The notes under the pieces: model-generated
Told to the model about the DNA's origin: nothing
The model's database searches: none
The model's input: the letters and a program-made list of their open reading frames with translations, nothing else
Shown: piece by piece, positions 17,763 to 23,480 of the stretch
Layout: the number at the start of each line of letters is the position of its first letter
Position numbering within the stretch: position 1 is the stretch's first letter
Made by a program: the position numbers and the translations under genes
NCBI GenBank assembly: GCA_030587475.2
Contig: JAUQYZ020000155.1
Coordinates: 1-23,480 of the forward strand
Length of the DNA: 23,480 nucleotides
Source: Candidatus Sigynarchaeum calidifontis
Lineage (GTDB): Archaea > Asgardarchaeota > Lokiarchaeia > Sigyniarchaeales > Sigyniarchaeaceae
Direction of reading: 5' to 3'

Positions 17763-18299
17763 ATGGGAGCAGCAAAGAACATCTTCTCGGGCGTTGTCTC
17801 GGCCGCCATTTCCCTCGCCACGTACGTGATCATCCCGTGGATCGGGCTGACGGTCGCCAAGAGCTTGACGATTCCCATCGAGAGCGGCTTCACGATCGAC
17901 CTTTTCCGGCAAAAGATCGATGACATCCTCTTTTATATCATCGCCATGGGCATCATTCAGGTTGGCATCGCATTCGCGAAGGGGAGCTCGCCCAAGTACT
18001 CGAAACGAAGGGCCATCTTTTCGCTTTTTAACTTTTTAGGGGCGGCCTCGTATTCCTACATCATTAAATTCTCTGGCCTCTCGCGCATCCCCATCACGGT
18101 CACGAACATCGGGGAGATCACTGTTTCACTCGATGCATTTGTGTATTTCGTGTTTGGAATCGTCGTGCTGAATTCCTTACTAGCTATATTCGATTTAATC
18201 ATCGCCATCAAGGATCAGCGGAATAAAATGGTCTATTCCCTCGATGAAGTACGCAAGCAAGAGATGATCGCAGCCGAGAACCTGGGGGTGAAGGCATGA
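17763..18299 (+). CDS. Hypothetical 4-TM membrane protein
   Basis: Four hydrophobic segments, tightly coupled to its neighbours; start 17763 or 17739. Confidence 0.75.
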   Translation: MGAAKNIFSGVVSAAISLATYVIIPWIGLTVAKSLTIPIESGFTIDLFRQKIDDILFYIIAMGIIQVGIAFAKGSSPKYSKRRAIFSLFNFLGAASYSYIIKFSGLSRIPITVTNIGEITVSLDAFVYFVFGIVVLNSLLAIFDLIIAIKDQRNKMVYSLDEVRKQEMIAAENLGVKA

Positions 18300-18970
18300 T
18301 GAAGAAAATCAAGGTCGCAGCATGTTTCCTGGCACCATTGACGTGCTTCGCGCAAGCATCGCTCCCGCTCTCGCTTATGCAGGCTGTTAACTCTATCCTC
18401 GGTTTCCTTCGCCCGGCCATGCCGTATATCTCCAGTTTTCTCGGTTTTTTCGCGTCATTCCTCATCCCGCTCGGCGAATTTTTCGGGACATTGCTCCAAG
18501 GGCCATTAAACGCCTTGAGTGAAGCGATACCGGCGCGCAGCGTCACCGGTTACGCGTTGTATTTCGTGATTTTCGGGGCAATCCTCGTCGTTGCCATGTA
18601 CTTGAACGTGGTATGGCGTCCCCTTGGCTATGCGACGTCGGATAGTCGCGCCAAGCGGGAAGAAAAGGAGGCGAAAGAGGCCGAGCGAGAAGCCGCCAAG
18701 GAAGAAGCCAAGGCTCAACGCAAGGCCAAGCGAGAAAGTACAAAGAGAAAGCCTGCCGAAAATATCGAGGTAACCGTGCCAGACAAGGCTGGATCTGGCG
18801 AGAAAATCACTGGCCAAGCGCCAGACAGCATTAAACCATCGTCCGTTCCTGAACCTCCGATCAAGGTCGTCACGGAGAAGGATATCGAAAAGTCCGAGCA
18901 AGTGGATAAAATTGATGATGCAGATAAGGTTGACGCGAAAATGGATGAACAAGGTAGCAAGAAAGACTGA
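18296..18970 (+). CDS. Hypothetical membrane protein with charged low-complexity C-terminal tail
   Basis: ATGA overlap with the upstream stop; TM helix (YALYFVIFGAILVVAMYL) followed by a K/E/A-rich helix and a disordered tail. Confidence 0.7.
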   Translation: MMKKIKVAACFLAPLTCFAQASLPLSLMQAVNSILGFLRPAMPYISSFLGFFASFLIPLGEFFGTLLQGPLNALSEAIPARSVTGYALYFVIFGAILVVAMYLNVVWRPLGYATSDSRAKREEKEAKEAEREAAKEEAKAQRKAKRESTKRKPAENIEVTVPDKAGSGEKITGQAPDSIKPSSVPEPPIKVVTEKDIEKSEQVDKIDDADKVDAKMDEQGSKKD

Positions 18971-18972
18971 AA

Positions 18973-19008
18973 AGGTGCCGAGAAAGGCATCTGTTTCAAC
19001 TTCTTTTC
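18973..19008 (+). terminator. Hairpin plus T-rich terminator closing the MEMO1 operon
   Basis: ggtgcc-gagaaa-ggcatc followed by tgtttcaacttcttttc. Confidence 0.4.
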
Positions 19009-19037
19009 ATCAATGCTTCGTGATCACGTGATCCCCC

Positions 19038-19526
19038 GTGATCACGCGGCTCGATCGAAAGAGCGTCGTCGTGACGTCGCCGGGCGAGGAGGGCGGGCAC
19101 GTCTTGCGGGGCCGCGACATCGACACGCTCGACCTCGTGGCCGAGTTGGATGTCAAGCAATCCGCCGCCAAGCCCACTGCCGCCGTGTTAGCACGGGCCC
19201 TGGAAGACATGGGACAAGAAGCACTAGACGAGCAGCTCAAGGAGCCTGGCGCGTTCTTCGGCTTCGACTATGTCAAGCAAGTATGCGATGGCTGGTTCGT
19301 CACGTGCCAGAGTTACGACGGGAACGAGCACGTCGTCGACATCCACGCGAAACCGTGGAAATTACATCAAATCTGGCCGAATCATTTCCCTTGGTTCAAG
19401 GGAGTGTACTCGCCCGACGGGACGATGTTCGCGTGGGCCGAGGAGAACAAAGTGCTCGTCCGTGCGGTCGATCCGAGTCGCGAGCAGCCGTCTTACCAGC
19501 GGATCTTGTCCCGCGGGTGCGTTTAA
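19038..19526 (+). pseudogene. Probable gene fragment (beta-propeller/WD40-like remnant) or short hypothetical protein
   Basis: GC-rich, coding-like codon usage; YSPDGTMFAW...VLV is a propeller-blade-like motif; no convincing start and too short for a propeller. Confidence 0.4.
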
Positions 19527-19628
19527 GCACTGAAAGCCCTTAACACCGTTTTATTCCACCAAGATCGCGATGTACCGGGAACCGCCGCATATTTATTCCC
19601 CTAAAGTAAAGGAAATACGTGAACCATC

Positions 19629-20804
19629 ATGTGCGCATCCTCAAATCTTGAGCCAATTCGCAAATATGCATTCATTTGTGCTCGCTGCAATTCATGCAAG
19701 GGAATATACCATAATGGTGAACCCGATGCATATATGGAATGTTGTCCTGGAGGTTCATATTATGTATTCGAGCCATATTGGGCAAGCGGAAAAAACCTCA
19801 TAGCACGGGCTCTGATGGAGAAGGAATACGAGATGACCGAATCGACCGTGCAAATAATCTATTCTTGCATTCTCTGCGGAAATTGCCAGGAGCAATGCAT
19901 GCAAGACGTGAGTGATCACTTGGTCGAGGTCTTCGAGGCATTACGCGCGGAAGCTGTGGATAGCGGCCTCGGCCCGCTGCCAGCGCATAGAACATTCAAG
20001 GACAACGTCGAAAAAGTGGGCAACCCGTATGGCGAGCCCACGGACCAGCGCTTCGCCGAGGAGCATGTCAAGAAACACGTGAGGGACAAGGCGGAAGTCG
20101 TGTATTTCATGGGCTGCACGGCGGCGTACCGGGAAAAGGATCTCGTCAAGCACACGATCTCCGTGCTGGAAAAGCTGGGAACCGATTTTGCCATCCTCAA
20201 GGACGAGACTTGCTGTGGATCTCCTTTGATAACCACGGGTCAGGTCGCCGCGGCAAGATCCCTTGCAGAAAAGAACATTGCTGCGATGACGAACGCTGGT
20301 GCCAAGCTCGTCGTCACGTCATGCGCGGGCTGCTTCCGAACGTGGGCAAAACAATACGAGACAAAATTCGGCTTGAAGTTACCGTTCAAGGTGCAGCACA
20401 TTACGGAATACATCAAGGACAACATCAAGAAGCTCGCGATCAAGCACCCGAAGCAGCGGATCAAGGTCACCTACCACGATCCGTGCCACCTCGGCCGCCA
20501 CGGCGGCGTGTACGAGGCGCCACGCGATATCCTGAAGAAACTGCCTGGTGTCGAGCTCGTCGAGATGCCGCGCAACCGGAAGAATGCGTGGTGCTGTGGT
20601 GCCGGGGCGGGCGTGAAGTCCGCCATCAAGGATCTTGCATTGGAGACGGCAAGGAAACGCATCGTGGAGTCCGAACAGACGGGTGCAACAGTCCTGGTAA
20701 CTGCATGCCCGTTCTGCGAACGAAATCTCGGTGATGCCATCAAGGCATCGGGATCCAAACTCGTCATGAAGGATATCATTGCCCTGGTCGACGAGATGAC
20801 CTAA
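19629..20804 (+). CDS. (Fe-S)-binding oxidoreductase with two CCG domains (HdrD/GlcF/GlpC-like)
   Basis: CARCNSC...CP and CILCGNCQEQC ferredoxin-type motifs; YFMGC, ETCCG, TSCAGC, TYHDPCHLGR, WCCGAG, TACPFC. Confidence 0.9.
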   Translation: MCASSNLEPIRKYAFICARCNSCKGIYHNGEPDAYMECCPGGSYYVFEPYWASGKNLIARALMEKEYEMTESTVQIIYSCILCGNCQEQCMQDVSDHLVEVFEALRAEAVDSGLGPLPAHRTFKDNVEKVGNPYGEPTDQRFAEEHVKKHVRDKAEVVYFMGCTAAYREKDLVKHTISVLEKLGTDFAILKDETCCGSPLITTGQVAAARSLAEKNIAAMTNAGAKLVVTSCAGCFRTWAKQYETKFGLKLPFKVQHITEYIKDNIKKLAIKHPKQRIKVTYHDPCHLGRHGGVYEAPRDILKKLPGVELVEMPRNRKNAWCCGAGAGVKSAIKDLALETARKRIVESEQTGATVLVTACPFCERNLGDAIKASGSKLVMKDIIALVDEMT

Positions 20805-20819
20805 AAAATAGGTTTTTTT
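20799..20819 (+). terminator. Hairpin plus oligo-T terminator
   Basis: accta-aaaaa-taggt followed by a T run at the stop of the CCG gene. Confidence 0.5.
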
Positions 20820-20884
20820 CTCATGCTTTCGTGAACCATGCAGCAATGCTTTTCTTTCTCGGCATGATACTTTATTCATCCACG

Positions 20885-21370
20885 ATGAATGCCACAAAAG
20901 CATCGAACCGCATCGACGAGCTCGTTCCAAGAGAAATGCTCCGCGACCTGCCTGGCTGGTCGATCGCCCCCGTTCCCGCTTGCCACGGGGGTGACCCGCG
21001 TTCGCTGACCTTTTGTTGCCATCCGGGTTACGCGCTCACCTTCGCCGCCACGTGCCAGCGCGATGCCTTGCTCGAAAAGGTGGGCTTGTCCAAGGCCGAA
21101 TTCATCCGCATCAAGGACGCGTTTTCCAAGGCGCACGACTGGGATGACGAACGCACGTGTTTCGGGAGCTTGTCGTATTGCTGCATGAGAGCAGGTGGTT
21201 GCCCGGGAAACCGCGACCAAGTGCTTCAAGAGAAATACCCAGACAAAAGCTGGGAGGAGATAAAAGCTGTCTATTTCTCCCTCAAGCAGAGGTTGAGCCT
21301 GGAATTGCTCAAGGCTTGTAACAACAAGGCTCTAGTCCAGCCATTCATCGATATCGAGGAATCAAGGTGA
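20885..21370 (+). CDS. Methanogenesis marker 9-like Cys-rich domain protein
   Basis: W..AP..ACHGGD.R.LTFCC.P ... GLS..EFIRIK..F ... TCFGSLSYCC....CP..RD matches the marker-9 pattern (C.GGD.R.LAFCC, TCFGSL.WCC). Start uncertain (20831 GTG or 20885 ATG). Confidence 0.75.
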   Translation: MNATKASNRIDELVPREMLRDLPGWSIAPVPACHGGDPRSLTFCCHPGYALTFAATCQRDALLEKVGLSKAEFIRIKDAFSKAHDWDDERTCFGSLSYCCMRAGGCPGNRDQVLQEKYPDKSWEEIKAVYFSLKQRLSLELLKACNNKALVQPFIDIEESR

Positions 21371-21423
21371 TGTTCCCGTGGAACCGGAAATCAAAATCGT
21401 TAACCTTTTTTCTCAAAACTTGA

Positions 21424-22218
21424 ATGATGTTCCACGTGGATCCAAACGAAAGATCCTTGCTTGCCGCGATTGAAACCACCGCATCATGGATCGTCAATGC
21501 CCATCACGTCGTGATCTTCACCGGGGCCGGAATATCCACGGCGTCGGGCATCCCCGATTTTCGCGGCCCGGACGGTGTCTGGACTCGCCGCGATAAGGGA
21601 TTGCCGCCCCCGGCATATAAAGTACCCCCGGATCAGGTCAAACCGAATGAGGGGCACATGGCAATCGTGGAGCTTGAAAAACTCGGCAAGGTACAGTTCC
21701 TCATCAGCCAGAACGTCGATGGCTTGCACGTGGAATCCGGGTTCCCGGTCGAAAAGCTCGCGGAGCTCCACGGGAACAAGCACCTTGTCAGGTGCCTTGG
21801 GTGCGATGCCGTTTTCAGGAAGGCAAAGGTCGGTTGGAACGAGCTCGTGCATGGTAACGGGTATCGCACCGATCGCGAACGCCCGAACCAGCCACGATGC
21901 CCGGAATGCGGCGGCCGGCTCATCTCCTCCATCGTGAATTTCGGCGATCCCCTTCCCGAAAAAGACCTCGAGGAATCCGTTCGTCATTCGAAACAGCTAT
22001 GCGACCTTTTCATCGTCCTCGGCTCGTCTCTTGTCGTGAACCCGGCAGCTCGCATGGTCGCTCTCGCAAAACACCATGGCGCGAAGCTCGTGATCAATAA
22101 CAAGGGCACTACACCCTACGATAAGATCGCTGATATTCTTGTTCCGAATCCCATCAACGACTTCTTCCCACCCGTCGTCTCGCGTGTCCGCGAGCTGCTG
22201 AAGAAACGTGAACCATGA
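21424..22218 (+). CDS. Sir2 family NAD-dependent protein deacylase, class IV (SIRT6/7)-like
   Basis: [38 protein letters not shown]/CPEC zinc site, GSSL, [8 protein letters not shown]. Confidence 0.92.
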   Translation: [264 protein letters not shown]

Positions 22219-22231
22219 ATCGACGCCTGGC

Positions 22232-22927
22232 TTAAACACGTGGCTTAGACGCGCGAAGGTAGTGCCCCCAGGCAAAGGTACCGAGCGCGAGCATGCCGAA
22301 AGCGAGGACGATCCACCAGATCCATGCAATTCCAATCACGATCGCGAGCAAACCGATGAGAATCGCCATGCAAGTGAGCCCGGCGGCTTTCAGATAGGCG
22401 ATCGCCCCCTTTTTCAGGTAATGGCAATCCGGGCACGACGCGTGGAATTGCTGGTTCTGTCGCGCCGTGATGGGGGCACCACACTCGAAGCAGAGCAAGT
22501 CTTCTTGCGTGGCATTCATGATGGCCGATGCATGGAAACAATTGATGTGATAGACCAGGTCGCGGTTGTTTAGCTTTTCCACATTCCCGGCTAACACCGT
22601 GCCGGTGATGTCGAGGGCGCGCAGCTCCTCGAGAAGAAACGCATGGTCTTGCGCCTCGCGCTTCATGTTCTTGATGCATTCGTTGAAGACAGGGAAACCG
22701 ATGAATGCCAGGATGATTCCGACAAACATGTACCCTGATTGGCTCCCGAGAAAATCGAGCACGGTCGATGGCCCCGTGGGATCGCGCGGGATGCCAGGGA
22801 ACACCAATACTTGCACCACCCAAGCGAGGTAAGAGATGAATGGGAGCAAGATCAAGACAAGGGCTGCGATGATCGGCACGCAGCCCGCCAACACGCTGAT
22901 CTTTACCTTGGTCCAGCTCATTGTCAT
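22232..22927 (-). CDS. Hypothetical membrane protein with an internal CxxC...CxxC zinc finger
   Basis: Two N-terminal and two C-terminal TM helices flanking CFECG...CPDC. Confidence 0.65.
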   Translation of the reverse strand: MTMSWTKVKISVLAGCVPIIAALVLILLPFISYLAWVVQVLVFPGIPRDPTGPSTVLDFLGSQSGYMFVGIILAFIGFPVFNECIKNMKREAQDHAFLLEELRALDITGTVLAGNVEKLNNRDLVYHINCFHASAIMNATQEDLLCFECGAPITARQNQQFHASCPDCHYLKKGAIAYLKAAGLTCMAILIGLLAIVIGIAWIWWIVLAFGMLALGTFAWGHYLRASKPRV

Positions 22928-23074
22928 CTACCCCTTTACATTCATCCAACCACCAGCATATCTAGTATTCCCGCATTGATCCTCTGCAAGGCTAACCTCA
23001 TCAATCTTCCACCTTCAAAACATATGTGCATCGACAAACAAGAGCGGGAAACCATGTGAAGCTAGATTGAAAAG

Positions 23075-23479
23075 CTACAAGTATCTCTCGAAGAAAGCTG
23101 GCAATTTCTTGAAAATGAACTCGTGTCCGACATCCGCAACATCCCGGTCGAGCCGCTCTGGATAACCAGCCGACTTGTAGATTTCGACGAGCCGGTCGTA
23201 TGCTTTCGTCGTGTCCGGGAACACGAAGCAATCGTCGTGCTTTCCCGCCTCGATGAGCAGCGGCCGGGGCGCGATGAGGCCCACGACGTCGGGAATATCC
23301 CCCCATTCGAGCAAGCCGGGCAGATATTGCGCACCGCAATAATTGCCGAGACCGCGGCGCGACATTGCATCATCGAGCGTGCTTAAATACCCGGAAATGC
23401 ATGCCGCCTTGATCCGGTCATCGAGAGCTGTCGTGTATGCCGTCATAGTGCCGCCGTATGACTTGCCGACCATGCCGAT
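23075..23479 (-). CDS. Alpha/beta hydrolase (dienelactone hydrolase/acetyl xylan esterase-like), C-terminal part; runs off the window
   Basis: IGMVGKSYGG nucleophile elbow, ALDDRI, LIAPRPLL, G..D and GHEF catalytic Asp/His. Confidence 0.85.
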   Translation of the reverse strand: MGMVGKSYGGTMTAYTTALDDRIKAACISGYLSTLDDAMSRRGLGNYCGAQYLPGLLEWGDIPDVVGLIAPRPLLIEAGKHDDCFVFPDTTKAYDRLVEIYKSAGYPERLDRDVADVGHEFIFKKLPAFFERYL

Positions 23480-23480
23480 G

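Noticed and set aside
18650-18735. Repetitive gaagccgccaag/gaggcgaaagag sequence
   Set aside because: Reflects a K/E/A-rich helix in the protein, not a DNA repeat element.
19602-19631. In-frame TGA just upstream of the CCG Fe-S gene (possible selenocysteine extension)
   Set aside because: A TAA lies a few codons further upstream with no start codon in between; no SECIS-like element recognised.
21424-22218. Sirtuin as an anti-phage SIR2 effector (Thoeris/DSR/Sir2-HerA)
   Set aside because: It has the zinc-binding module and full deacylase motifs, and there are no TIR, HerA or pAgo neighbours.
22245-22949. 234-aa same-strand alternative-frame ORF
   Set aside because: Arg/His/Pro-rich composition typical of off-frame translation; the 22232-22927 frame has coherent TM and zinc-finger features.
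1-23480. tRNA, rRNA, CRISPR arrays, transposases, integrases, DGR
   Set aside because: No cloverleaf, periodic repeat-spacer pattern, recombinase or reverse-transcriptase motifs were found by eye.

Overview
Gene-dense archaeal chromosomal segment (roughly 50% GC by eye, with AT-richer patches). Gene content (ASH-Ski2/DUF5814-type helicase, geranylgeranyl reductase, archaeal Hsp20, a longin-domain protein, a BAR-domain protein) points to an Asgard archaeon, probably Loki-related; this is an inference. About 24 protein-coding genes, including a 54-aa zinc-ribbon gene missed by the ORF track. No rRNA, tRNA, CRISPR array or intact mobile element was seen. The main interest is a set of eukaryote-like proteins: (1) a stand-alone BAR protein with an N-terminal amphipathic helix that appears colinear with the FAM92/CIBAR BAR family; (2) a sirtuin with class IV (SIRT6/SIRT7) rather than CobB/class III features; (3) a longin+roadblock fusion; (4) a type IA topoisomerase C-terminus resembling the TOP3B zinc-binding tail. 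There is also a methanogenesis-marker-9-like protein next to a CCG Fe-S protein, a tandem pair of paralogous membrane proteins, and several structured intergenic regions. All family assignments come from motif recognition and remembered reference sequences, not from database searches.
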